Notes: a model not told the origin generated them from the sequence alone. Shown: positions 25,891 to 39,032, counted from the first letter of the whole stretch. The stretch is DNA of 63,680 nucleotides, filler included, from Lenisia limosa (GCA_001655205.1; 16 parts of 16 records of this genome joined end to end with filler, not necessarily neighbours in it); one strand, 5' to 3'. Made by a program: numbers and translations.

Positions 25891-26964
25891 ATTGAAGCGA
25901 TTTATGTTGATTTTTGGCTTGTACGCGGTTTTAATCCCTCAATGTTTTGACCAAGGGACCACCTAACAAAGCAAAACGGTCTTAATTTAAGAAGAGCTGG
26001 CGTATCATCTCACTAAAACCGCGATCGATGGAGTCAATTGGAAGAGCCAGACCTGAGAGTAACATATTCTTGGAACAGTATATAGTAACGTTGACATTTT
26101 TCAATACGACTTATCCGTTTTTACGTGATGGGGCTGATGCTGAGAGGGGAGGGGTTAGAATTATTTCGATTCCTCTTTTTCAAGTTCCTTCACTAATAAC
26201 GTAACGAAACGTAATGACGCTAAGGTTAAAAAATATTCATATTATCATTACTATTATTTGTGTTCAAAAAAACAACCAACTTTTGCTGATTCAAAAATTT
26301 GACTACCAGATTCAAGACTTCGACAAAACTCGGTTGTATTTGAAAACATTAACTGAGCTGAGGTATCTTCTAAAAAAAATCAATATGAATTTCGATAACC
26401 AAAAAATACATACATATTTTAAAAAATGAGAATAAAATAACAAAGACCTTGGGTAGCGCAAAGCAAATCAACTTCTTCATAAGCCCCACTTCTTGTCAGC
26501 AATAACAGAGGAGTAAGAACCATCTGTATTACATACATACATTTATACAAAACAAAATAAGCAAAAATGATTTCAGGAGTTCACGTGTTCTCAACTTCCT
26601 CCACAACTGATCGATAATGCTGAAAGTTTTAGAAAGAATTGAAGTGTTTTTTTTTGTCGATTTTATATTAGAAATTGGGGTTTATGAACATTTCTTTCTG
26701 CTATTTTCTTCTCTCTGTCTGAACAACGCAAAATATGAGTAAAGGAGGAACCCAGCAGCTTTTTATTAGAACTGGGCCTGAATATGATATCTCATTTTTA
26801 TAGGATCATGANNNNNNNNNNNNNNNNNNNNNNNNNNNNNNNNNNNNNNNNNNNNTTAATTAATTAANNNNNNNNNNNNNNNNNNNNNNNNNNNNNNNNN
26901 NNNNNNNNNNNGCTTTGATCAGTCTTGATTAGTGTTGATTATTTACATACGTATCGTATACGAT

Positions 26965-27085
26965 ATGATCATATGAACGACTTTCAAGTCGAAATGATGA
27001 ACAAAGATAACACGAGGGTTCATCCTGAGTCTGTGTAGAAAATGATAGTTCACACGTGTGAGAATGATCCAAAAAGTGAATGGGC
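26965..27085. repeat. Dispersed repeat shared with 50560-50745 and partly 305-340
   Basis: TTCAAGTCGAAATGATGAAC...GAGGGTTCATCC and AAAATGATAGTTCACACGTGTG..ATGATCCAAAAAGTGA occur in both copies. Confidence 0.85.
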
Positions 27086-27182
27086 AAAATATGTCACATA
27101 CAATGTCTTAATATTTGAGTGAAAAGTATCTTATCATATGTTTATAATATATCATCGACCCCCACATTGACAGCCCAATTGC

Positions 27183-28905
27183 TAGAATACTGCGACAAAA
27201 AGTCCATGAAAATGACGGTGAGGCGGCAATCACAGCTGTTTATCACCACTTGAATTTCTCCCTGGGGGGGGGGGAGAGATGAGGGGGGACGGAAAAACTA
27301 GGGCTCTGTGTAATTAATTGACAAATCAATTTCAAAATTTGAAGTTGGACATAGTGTAACGAGAACCCTATCCCAAACACTTTAATTTTTACTTTTGTCA
27401 ATTAATTTCCTCAAAAAAAATTGATTACACTGATCCCAAAACAATCCATTATCAACCTAAAAACCACCCAACCGAAAGAAGATCAGAAACACCGGGGTTG
27501 AGCTCGACAATTCGAGGGTCATTCCAGGTAACTAAGAAGCCGAGGTAGATACTGTTAACGAGGGGGAGCGGGTAAAAAGGGAAAATGGACTGAAACAAAA
27601 AAAGGCCTAAGATCAACTGTGGCTAACAACACACGAGGTTTAACCCCCCTCCCCACTCCCTCTCCAAGAGGGAAGGGAAAGGGAAAGGGGGGGAGGGTTA
27701 AGAAAAGTTCGTATCATTTTTCTGTTTCGTATGATGTGATTTCTTTTGTTCTCTTGTTTCTTTGAATTACAATTCAATTGATAATGGGTAAAAAAATGAA
27801 CGCTATGCCAAAAAAAGAGTGTCAAAACCAAAGAGGAAAGAACAAGGAATTATCATTGTTTGTAAACTACCCTCTTACTCCGCAAGGATCTCAAAAGACA
27901 GGTTGAGACCACTTACCTGGAAAATGAGAGAATAGAGAGCGCAAGGATTCATCGAGGATGAAATTATTCAGGATTAAATGAGGATTTATCACGAATTTAC
28001 GAGGGACTATCTTGGGTTTTAAAATTTTTCACACATTTAAGACAAACGGAGGATTTATCGAGAGTTATCGAGGATTTATTTCAAAATTATTTATCGATGA
28101 TTTATCGACCCCCCCCNNNNNNNNNNNNNNNNNNNNNNNNNNNNNNNNNNNNNNNNNNNNNNNNNNNNNNNNNNNNNNNNNGAGGTGCGCTGACAGCCGA
28201 AATATCGGTATTAGGGGGGCCTTCCGTTACATATGCGTCCAATCTAACGAGTAAGTGGAAATAGGAAAAAATCAACTCAAATAAAATAAAAATGTATCTT
28301 TTTTTGTACACGATGAAATCCAATATCGAATGGAAAAATTGTCAAAATGAAACCGCACTTCTGAAGGGAGATTTCACTATCTGGAGTAGCCTCAGTAGTA
28401 ATCGTGTCAAAATCCGAGTCAATAAACCCCTGAATGTGTAAGTCAAACGAAACAAAGCCCCCCTCCCACGCACCAAAAACAATAGACACCCAAACGAATA
28501 CCATAACTAATTTACTCATTCAGAATTTCATATATGCATATATTGTCTAAGGCTTCACTCTGAATAAGTCATATATCGATAGTTTACCGAACTTGTTCGT
28601 ACCTGGGTGAAGCCCTAAATATAGACCGTCCACATACCATAACTAATATAGCTTGGTTTCTGATTGAGACTTGGCTCATTACTGAGGCTAAAAGGATTAG
28701 ACCGATGTCTAGGGCTTCCTTACACTCATCATTACCACCACACATCATCATTATTATTATTATCATCATCATCAATATCATCAAAATCATCAGCATCACC
28801 ACATTCATCATAATCATCGCGACAGCCCTGCATACTTCCAATTGTGAGTTTCCCGGGTATCGACGTGGTGTTACTGCATTTGGCCGGATACCACGCTACT
28901 AGATT
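27183..28905 (-). CDS. PstS-like (type 2 periplasmic-binding-protein fold) domain protein, multi-exon, partial
   Basis: Exons join as VSGLNLSFEILAD|IYLGFLVTWNDPRIVELNP|GEIQVVINSCDCRLTVIFMDFLSQ, matching PstS L.L....LADIFLGKI..WND..I..LNPG...VV.R.D.SGT..FT.YL. Confidence 0.75.
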
Positions 28906-29241
28906 GGCAATAATCTGAGGGGAGGTAAGGGGGGCTCCACTATGATCCGAAAAAGTCGATAAAATATCGATAATAATCGAAGATATATCGAGAAAATCCC
29001 TTTTTCGGATCGAAATGCGTAGTGAGAGATACACATGGGCTGTGAAAAAAAATGAAAAAAATAAGAATATAATATAATATAATACACCATATCATATAGT
29101 ATATCATATACTGATACCATTTTTCAATATATTTGTTTTGGNNNNNNNNNNNNNNNNNNNNNNNNNNNNNNNNNNNNNNNNNNNNTTAATTAATTAANNN
29201 NNNNNNNNNNNNNNNNNNNNNNNNNNNNNNNNNNNNNNNNN

Positions 29242-32200
29242 ATGGAAACGGATTCAGTCATCATTGAGGAGGTGGGGGAAGGGTGTTGTTAAGAAGGTGA
29301 TAGTGGTGATTGCCCTCGTGTGTTACCCACATGTTGAGCCGCCAGAGTTGTTTTTGAGTTTATATTTTATCCCCCCCCCCCAGGAGTCTGAAAAAAGCGA
29401 CTACAGCCTCATTCTGTTGGCTTTCATCGTCATTCTTTGTTTAGCGATTGTCCTGGCATGTAGGGGGGATCTGAGATAGTGTTGAAATAAAAATATCCAA
29501 TGGTAAGCCATAACATGATATTATACTATTGGTCACTAGATGGACTTGGTTAAAACGCTAGTTCACAAGTTAAAGTGACCCAAAAAGCGATACGACTATG
29601 CAAATCAACTCAGGATACATTCAAACATTTTGATGCCTTATGTGAATTGTATTTTATAACATGTATAACTGCAACCTTAAAATGATTTATTTTTTGAGTA
29701 AGAGTCTTTTTGAACATACGTATTGAAATCTAAGGATAATAATATTCATTGACCTCTGCAGTCCAGTACTTCCAAAACTCAAAGAACATGAAGAACATCG
29801 CTGAATCTCTTTGGAAGGTTTGCGGATCATTGAAAGTTGCTTGAACGCAAGTAACCTCTTTAATTCGATCCAAAGTGAATCACTCACTTCAATAATACAG
29901 CTCCTGCACTTAGAGAAAGAACCTCAATCCTGATTTTTTTTTACCCGTTTCGCATTTCCCGTGAAAGACTGATCGCTTAGTTGGACCCTGCCGAGCTGAC
30001 TCTTGGAGATATCCTTGCTGAGACACCCATGGGACAGGTCTACTCAGGTATTTGGGGAGAGACTTGCCCGCTGACTAACTAATCCTTATTTTATTCCTGT
30101 ACTTCCATATCATTATATCCAAATACTTCAATTCCACTCATGAGGAGAACTCCCTGCCTCTCCGCCTTATAAGATCGGAATTCTTATTTATGTTTGATCC
30201 TAAAAAGACTCTTGCAAAAAATGAATATTTTTTTCCTTAATGTTATTCATTTTCGGCCAATCGTGGAATTACCTGAATTTCCTCCATAGGCCTCTATCGC
30301 AACCAAACCGTCGCATGTAAGCTCATCAAACGTGGCAAACCTATTAAGGTATGGTGGAAAGCAAATTTTTGAACAATAAAAGATAAATTAGAAAGGGGAT
30401 GAAAAAAAACAACAACAATGTCCAAACCACATTGTGTTGAGGGAAGAATGATCCTGTTTGATAGCTTTACACAAATTCCCCTTTTCTACTAATGTGTACG
30501 TTCTTTTCAACCAATTTTTGTACATCAAAAATACCTTCGCATCTTCCCATTTATTTGATTTATTGGTACCCTTACTTTATTCTCATTGCAGGGAGTGGAT
30601 AACAGCCAGCTCAGTAGTGATGAAGTGTCTCTCCAGAGCCTGCCAGGTTTGTTCTTCTGGCCCCGGTTAACTCAGTCATTACCGTTTATTTTTTTCAATT
30701 AATTGCACAAAACATTCGTCTGATTTTTTTGTCGCTTACATGATTTGTACAATTTTTACAAAACACTTGAATTACCAAAATTAATGATGATTGAGGATTC
30801 AATTGACACTTGGCTCTGACATCCCCAGGAATGACGGAATCCGTGTCTGCATCGAAGTTTTCTACGTCCATTACCCTTGCCAAAAACTCAAGTGTCCATA
30901 AAAACAAAATCGTGGGTTTGGGCTCTTTCTTCATCAAGGTATAATAAATACTCCCCATAAAAAACTTTATATTTACCCTCCTCCACTCCCATATCACCTC
31001 GGGCGCGGAAGTATGGTAATTTTGTTTTGGTATCCCTATTTGTTTCCCAAGAGTTCTAATGTAGATTATTTCTCTTGTTTAGAAAAACGATATATAATTT
31101 TCTCATGACTTTGTTCTTATAGTAACTTTTTTTGGTTTACCAGTCTATTTTATTAAATGCTCATAATGATTTTTTCCTATCTATGCTTTTGTTGTAACTT
31201 CCTCTAAATTCTCACTATAAACCTTTTCTCATCAATCCACTCAGGCGCGTAATCTTTTCGAATCTGAATGTAACGTCATCTCCAAACTGAAGCATCCGAA
31301 CATAGTTCAGTTCATCGGCGCTGCACCATGGAGCACCAGCTACATGATCCTCTATGAGCATCTCTACTGCAACCTTGAACAGGTCAGTTAAGGCGAAGGG
31401 GCAACTACCCGGTGCAATTAATTATTAATTTAACAAAGTTATCCGACATATTTTGAAATTTTATGGTTTACCCTTTCTTCACATTTAAGGGAGTACAGAG
31501 GCACTTCAATGATTTCACTCAAAACCAGCTGGTATGGGGCCTTCATCGATTTGGGGGTTTTGTGTTCATAATTTTCTATTTTTGACTCCACAGCTTTTAT
31601 TTCATCAATGTTCATTTTACCCCTGGTATCAACCCTCGTATGGTACTAGCCAACAAAGTTGATTTGGTCATTTTTTTGTTTCATAAGTGTTGCACTTTAC
31701 CCCCCACCCCTCCCGTAGTTCTCGATGTCCTTTGACATCTTTGAAGGGCTGCTCTATCTCCACACCCAGAATCCAGTGGTGGTGCATTGCGACATTTCGC
31801 CAAAGAACATTCTCCTTTCAGACCATTTCGTTGCGGTGGGTTGTGGATTAGCAGCATCAACTAGCCTAATTCGGATAGTGTTTCCATATTTGGAAACTAA
31901 TCCCCTTAGAAACTCGGAGATTTCGGCCTCTCAGTATACCAAAAAGGCAAGATCAGCATGAGAGGCACCCCCACTCACGTCGCCCCTGAGGTTCTTAATG
32001 GTGGGCTTTTCATCTTGCTTGCATTTTTTATTACAAATGACTACAACTGATATCTTGCTTTCTGATTGGTTCTGTTTTGGATAAGGTAACCATCCTGAGA
32101 GCAATCCTTTTTATGTTTAAGCACTCCTTTCCTATAATTCTTCCTTTATCCCTTCTAGGAAGCTCTATGTCTATTCTCTCTTTATCTCTTCCAGGAAGCT

Positions 32201-34222
32201 CTATGTCTATTGAAAGCGACATTTTCTCTGCGGGACTGATTCTGCTTCAACTATGGACCGGACAAGTGAGAACTGAACTGTTATATTTCTGTTGCAAGTA
32301 TTAGTTTTTGTGTTATAATTGTACATTTTACCTCCCCCCCTAGGAGATTCACCCGACAATCAGTCGCCTCGCAGTTGTTCAAGGCCATAGGGAGGGAACG
32401 CTTGTGGTGGGCGGTGGTAGTAATGGCGCTCTTATTTGGGGATAGTAACTTGACTTTGATGCTATTATGAACTCTTGTTGTCTTATTCTGAGGGTTATAA
32501 TATTACAATGAAGTGGTGATGGTGTTTAAATGAAGGCATGAGAAATTATAAAAGCGCATTTGTGGATTATATATATAACTGTCTTTAGGCTGACATTCCC
32601 TCAACAATCCATCCTATTGTGGCGTCCATCATTGCCCGCTGCTTATCTTACACTCCTTCAAACCGCCCATGCGCATCTGAAATCGTGGAAGCGCTGAGAC
32701 CACTTAAGCCCTCAGCTGGGGTGGCCCCTGATCATGTGGGGGTATTAGTGATATGCTAGAAGTAAAGAACAGGGGGTGGGGGTTAGGGGAATTGGAGTGT
32801 CTGTTCACCTTTTTGGTGATCATTTCATTATTTTTTATGATCTGAAGTATAAACTGCTTCAGCCTGATACTTTCATCAGTATCCCTATAAACATGCCATC
32901 GACATGCACCACCATTTGACCATCTGTAGTCTCGCCAAGCTGACCTGCTTAACTCGGTGCTTCCGCCACATATTGCAAAACAACTCATTTTGGTGGGAAG
33001 GGGGGGGGGGTCACTTTTGTTTTTCAATTCCAATATTATGAGGAAGGCGAGCGAGGTACTCCTTTTTCATTTTTCATTACATTTCATATTATGTAGGGCC
33101 AAGAAGTTCGGCCCGAATCATTCGATGATGTTACAGTCATGTTTACCGATATTGTCGGTATGCTTAGATTATTTGCGGATACTGTTGATATGCTTATATG
33201 ATTTTGGTTCACAGGTGATGGTGAATTTTTGTTCATTACTTTCCTGTTTCATTTCTGAACCAATAACCGTTGCAACATAGTCGGTATTTTCTCACCCTTT
33301 TCACTTTGGTCTGACAACACTGAATGTCGATAGTCATCGATCAGTTGATATTTTACCAGTCTTTTCCGTAACGAAGAGAATTCTTATTCGCCTCCCCAAC
33401 AGAGTTGATTTTGGTTCCTTTTTATTTGTTTCATACAATTACAATTTTACCCTCCNNNNNNNNNNNNNNNNNNNNNNNNNNNNNNNNNNNNNNNNNNNNN
33501 NNNNNNNNNNNNNNNNNNNNNNNNNNNNNNNNNNNNNNNNNNNNNNNNNNNNNNNNNNNNNNNNNNNNNNNNNNNNNNNNNNNNNNNNNNNNNNNNNNNN
33601 NNNNNNNGGTATTGTGATAATGAAGTATGACATGATATTTCCAGGAATTTGTGGATATTAGACAACCTTTTTGAATGTAATGGCAAATAAAGTCACTATT
33701 ATTGCTTAAATGGATTGGCTTTGCTTTGGGTTGTCTGTGAAAGTAATAAACCATCAGTTTAGTTTTGGATACAATCCTCGAATTATCTTTAACTCACCTG
33801 AAAAATTGACCCCAAGTTAAGTTTCATGTTTGAACTATCCAAACCATACAACGCGTATAATAATTAAAAAAGTTGCATTTCATGACAGATCTATTCGAAT
33901 CATATAGGTAGTAGTACGAAATGAACAAATATTAAATGACAATTTTAAATGTTTTACTCCGCAGATTCGCTCTTTGACAAACTCACGAAGAAGTATCAGC
34001 TCTTCAAGGTGGAAACTATCGTTAGAAGGGGGGTTACAGCTTATAAAACATTCCAACTTCAGTTTTCTTAATTGGTATGTACCTTTTGTGATTCCTAAAT
34101 TCACCATTTTCATATTTTCGCCAGCAGTTACACCCTAGGGAGACTCCTATATGGTGGTTGGAGGCCTTGTGGATCAGAACCAGAACCACCCGATGCTCTG
34201 TGCTCTTATGGGCCTTGAAATG
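29242..34222 (+). CDS. Transmembrane protein kinase-class III nucleotide cyclase fusion (receptor guanylyl-cyclase-like order), partial
   Basis: TM YSLILLAFIVILCLAIVLA; kinase VACK, KLKHPNIVQFIG, HCDISPKNILL, KLGDFG, GTPTHVAPEVL, SDIFSAGLIL, RCLS..P..RP; cyclase PESFDDVTVMFTDIV, FDKLTKKYQLFKVETI|GDSYMVVGG. Confidence 0.9.
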
Positions 34223-34647
34223 GTCTGATGGGGTTAAGACTGAGGCAAATGAAGCACTTTTTAATGGTCTTTGATATGGCACTGCTGGACTAAAATGATG
34301 GTGTAAAAATAGCCAAATGAGGGGAATAATGAAAGATATTGGGAAGCGAAATGGGGCACTACTGGACTGAGGCTTTAGTACAAAAAATACAAGGGAAACG
34401 TTGCTACTTTTCGAGGACATCTGGCTTTTTTCAGACCAAAGTGAAGCCCCCCCNNNNNNNNNNNNNNNNNNNNNNNNNNNNNNNNNNNNNNNNNNNNTTA
34501 ATTAATTAANNNNNNNNNNNNNNNNNNNNNNNNNNNNNNNNNNNNNNNNNNNNTCCTGGCGGGAGGGAGGGGTACAAGAAATAGAAGTGAAATGGGGGAT
34601 GCTAGATGTGGCAGTGGCTTTGCTAAGATGTATCTATTTATGTCCCT

Positions 34648-35627
34648 AGATTTCTGGTTTTGATGGACGACAATTCGTAGTGGAGGCCTCGGGAGCTGCT
34701 GCCTACTTGGCACCTTCTGAGTTAGTTACCTGTCGATTCATATCCTTTTATCCACTCCAGTGCTATCAAATGGACAGTATACTCTGATGGTATCTTTTTT
34801 GGGGTGACAGGATGCATTGAAGAGGCAGTAAAGACGGTCCAGAAGTTTGCTACCAGGTATGAGTTTTGGTTAAGCTGGTCTTTTTATATTATTTTTCCAC
34901 CCCTGAAAACAGGGATGAGAACTGTATGACAGTTCTCTCAAGAAGCAATGAAGAATGAGCTTCCTTTTTCCACCTACACTGGTGGAGATTGTTAGCCAAC
35001 TTGGCTTCGAAGCAGTAAGCATCTGCTTCAAAAATGCCTCTATGAAACAAACAACATTATGGAACTTGGACCCTTAACTCCAACAAGTCGGCTCCCGTGT
35101 CCTCGCGACTTCGCCATTTCAATGCTCAAGATTCCTGACGACATTGAGACCCTTTTGGTATCCAGTTCTAATTTTTGACGAGGCAAAGAACAAGTATTGA
35201 GATTCTTTTTTGAATCTTATATCCCTAGATCATCCCTTTCCTTTATGGTGCCGCGACGACCAACCCGCAACCGTGGACCATTCGCCTCCCAGGGTCATAC
35301 GAAGGTACCTTTTCTTACGTTTCTTGACCAAATGCTTCCGTACCAGACTTGAAGGCATGTTCAAGAAGTCCAGCTCTTTCCGTACCATCATCATCCAGTT
35401 TACGTGTTGGGACATAAAGAACACTATGTTTAGTAGAGATTAATATATCCAAAACTGATGTGGCTGCCTTCGTGGCAAACTGGCCAATTGCCAACAAGGA
35501 CACTTACGAGCCATTCACCACCCCTGACACCACTTTCGAGAAGTACGTCAAGTCTGTCGCCACCGACGGTTTCTTCCTTGACCAGGTCGTCGACCTAGAG
35601 GCCTATAGGATGATGACTAAGAAGTTT
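34648..35627 (+). CDS. Unidentified multi-exon protein with an OTU-like segment
   Basis: ANKDTYEPFTTPDTTFEKYVKSVATDGFF resembles the OTU helical region (FEPFVEDD..FEKHV.SL...GTF); upstream exons are LPCPRDFAISMLKIPDD and RRYLFLRFLTKCF. One exon needs a frameshift. Confidence 0.5.
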
Positions 35628-36559
35628 GTTGGTTATACATGTCTTTTGAAAACATATTTCTGTGTTCTCTTTAACAAAGGCATCATTTCTAAGAAAAGTT
35701 ATTTGTACCATAACGAGCATGTTCATGAACTGTTGTCTGATTTACCAAGTTAGATCCTAGATCTTTTTGAATATCTAACTGATGTAGAACCTATGTACTT
35801 CCAATGAAACGCCTACTCCCCACTCAGTATGTTCCACATTATATTTCCAGGTTCAGTTAAAGAAAACAATGTTTCAAATGTTGATGAAGGCCTGAAGCTG
35901 CAGCTTGTTGAAACTGCGGTATAGGGATGAGGGCACTGAATGGTTTACTATTCCTATTCCCAATGAAGAATAGTTGATATTTTTTGAGGCTGCATATTTC
36001 AACCAACATTCTAATAATTTTATTTTTCACGGCCTTCTTTCTTAGTTGATTTATTCTGTACCGGCTCATTTACCCATATCACTTTGCAGTGGAAGGTTTC
36101 CAACTCACTCAAACGTTTTCTTATTTGTCTACTGATTTTATAAAAGATTTCACCACTTCCGTTTGCTTTCTTTCGGCATTGCACTCAGCCAGTATATGAA
36201 GGAGCTTGGTCTTTTTATAAAGATCAGGGATACGAATTAATATATTCGCGTCAAAAAGCGGCCGGGTAGTGGGAAGGAGAGGAATTGGAAAATTTCTGAA
36301 ACAAAAAGGCAAAATCAACTCTGATGGCTAGTAACACACGAGGTTTGGGTTTTCACACACACACACACAAACGAAGGAAATTTCGATGAAGAATATTGTT
36401 ACAAAGGTACTAATCACGAACCGAATAAAATCAGAAACTCCAAACAAAAAAACAAAAAATAAGGAAAATTTATGAAATAAAAAAATATAAACACACTCAA
36501 CAAATGTATCTCCATCAAGCCAAACCCTCAAAAGACCCCCCACCCCTCGCCAGATTACT

Positions 36560-36724
36560 TTTAGGCGTTATTTACAGTTTATAATGGTTTTCGGTTTCGC
36601 TGATCTAATCCCAACGCCAACATCATTATCAGTGTCATCCATTCGAATAGTCAGTGCGTGGATGATCTTCATGACGTGGACAGGCTGAAGTGACTCGGCC
36701 TTGAGTAGACTCGAGAGGAACTGG
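36560..36724 (-). CDS. Isolated exon of an unidentified gene
   Basis: Poly-C-AG acceptor followed by FLSSLLKAESLQPVHVMKIIHALTIRMDD. Confidence 0.4.
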
Positions 36725-39032
36725 AGGGGGGGGGGTAAAATTGGAAANNNNNNNNNNNNNNNNNNNNNNNNNNNNNNNNNNNNNNNNNNNNTTAATTAAT
36801 TAANNNNNNNNNNNNNNNNNNNNNNNNNNNNNNNNNNNNNNNNNNNNCTATAATATTTCAAGTAACTATGATTTAGGAATAAACTAGAGTGTAACAAACA
36901 CTTTTTTTGCTGATTTTTTTTTTGGTTCAGTGATCGATGATCACCCCCTCAAAAATTTTGGTCACAATTTTTGAGGCCATTCCACTCTTCTTTCTTCTGT
37001 TTCCGATAAATTTAATATAAAATCATCAAAACTAATGTTTTGGTCAAGAATATAACACTTTTCAATGTTGCATCTCAATTTGTAAAAAAACCTTCCAACA
37101 AGATCTTGTGCTGATCTGTCTCAAAAATTGACTTTCTATAAAAGCCTTCCTGAGACATTTTTTCAACGTTTTTATAATTTTATTGTATGTATGTAGTTTT
37201 TGGTTTAAATTTTGTTGAAATAGCCGGGTTAAAGTGGAGAAAATAATAATTTACGGAAATACGGATAATTTACGGGAATTCTGCGCGGTAGCATATAATA
37301 TCAAATTGGGTTCTAGAGTTTAGCGAAAGAGTCATCTGAAATATAGTTTTTTATAATGTATTATACAGTATATGATATACTGTATATGATAAATCATATA
37401 TATTCCCTTGGGTGTGATATAATTTGCATATTAGATAATCATAAAACGCACAAAGTAAGCTGGAAAGCGTTAGAACTGACGGAAACACGAGAGGATAATT
37501 GATAGAAAACCGGTCAAAGAGAATCAAAATTAATATACTGAAAAAACCTGTGATTTCACTGGTAAGAACATTGCAAAGGCAAGGGGTGAAATTGAAGAAT
37601 GTAAAAAAATTTGCCTCGCTGGTACAATGGAGTAGTCCAAATGGTTTTCAAAAGGTTCGATATTAAAATTGCACCTATATTTTGGGAGAATAAAGCATGC
37701 ATCTGGTACAGTTTGAGAATTTTGAGAAAATGAAATATGAAGAACGGAATCGCTATTGAACTGGTTAAAGAAATAAAATAAAAAACCATTTCAAAATGGG
37801 ATGAAATTCCCTTCCCGATTATAAACTGTTTCAGATTGAACCATGGCTGAACTGACTCCTATTTCTATAAAACAAAAGTATTTGCGATTCACAATAATAA
37901 GAATACCCCTTCATTGTGGTTCAATATTATTTTCAAATGTGCAAACAGGTAGCCCCAGACACATCAAATAGAAGTTCAAAAGGGTTTGTTTTTTTAAAAA
38001 ATATAGTTAATTATGTATATAATGAAGTTATGAAGATGTTGAAGATTCATAGGGGTTCCAACGAGTGACTATTATCTAACACCAATAGAAGATTTGAATG
38101 ATGCATTTTATTCAAATAAGCTTTCTATCACGACAGGCATGAAGCAGTATCACGAACAAGGAAATTACCATTCACGCAAAACCATATCCCTCTCAAAATG
38201 TTCTCTGGGCTGAGAGATGAAAGTGATTTTTACCATTTGCCTCTACTTTCCCGAATTTCAAGCCTTGTTAAAGCTCCCTCCTCTGCCTCTTTGGGGCAGA
38301 GTGAGCTCTAGTCATTCCGAAAGGAATACAACAGGAGGAATATAATTCCCCGATCTTTCTTCAAACTAACTTGATCAGGTACACCTCCTTCGTAAGAAAC
38401 CTTCGCTAACTCCCCTTCAGCGAAAAGGATTTGTCACTGTTATGGTTACATCGCAGACGCTACAGAGCAGTAATCATCACCATTTTGATTTGAAACCCAA
38501 ATGATTCAGAAGTTCTATACTTGCCTAATTGGGTAAACAGGTTTTTAATAGTCAAAAGCAGCCGTATCTCAAAATCGAACGTAACGGCCAGACCCCCAAA
38601 ACCCTTAAAATGGTTGAATCGAATACAAAATGCCTTTAGTAGGCTCGAGATACAAAGCCTTGTTACATTGACTGAAATTACGAAATACGGACTGAGATAA
38701 CCAGCAAGTAAAGGCTCCACAAGTCAGCTAAGGCCTCAACACTTGAGCACAGAGGAGTCGCTGCAAAAAGCAAAGCATATTTTATTTTTTTACAAAAAAA
38801 ACATGAGAAAAATCAAGGCCATCATAGTATAGAGGTCTCTTAATGCACCTGGCATCTCAAAAAAAAAGTATCATTATATTAACCAAGATTAGAAAAGGGA
38901 CGAATATATAAAAAATTCCTTATGGTAAGTCAAAGTCAATTCACTTCATTTTCAAAAAAAAACAAGGGGGGGGGGGTAGAGTATTACTTTCTTCCCAAAC
39001 GTTTATTAGGGGTTCCTCTTCTTCCTCACTTA

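Noticed and set aside
28732-28841. Poly-Asp/Met or poly-Ile ORFs
   Set aside because: ATC/ATT trinucleotide microsatellite in an intron.
29242-35627. Cyclase fused to the OTU/RasGAP-like region
   Set aside because: They are separated by the linker at 34454-34553, and the cyclase C-terminal half is missing.
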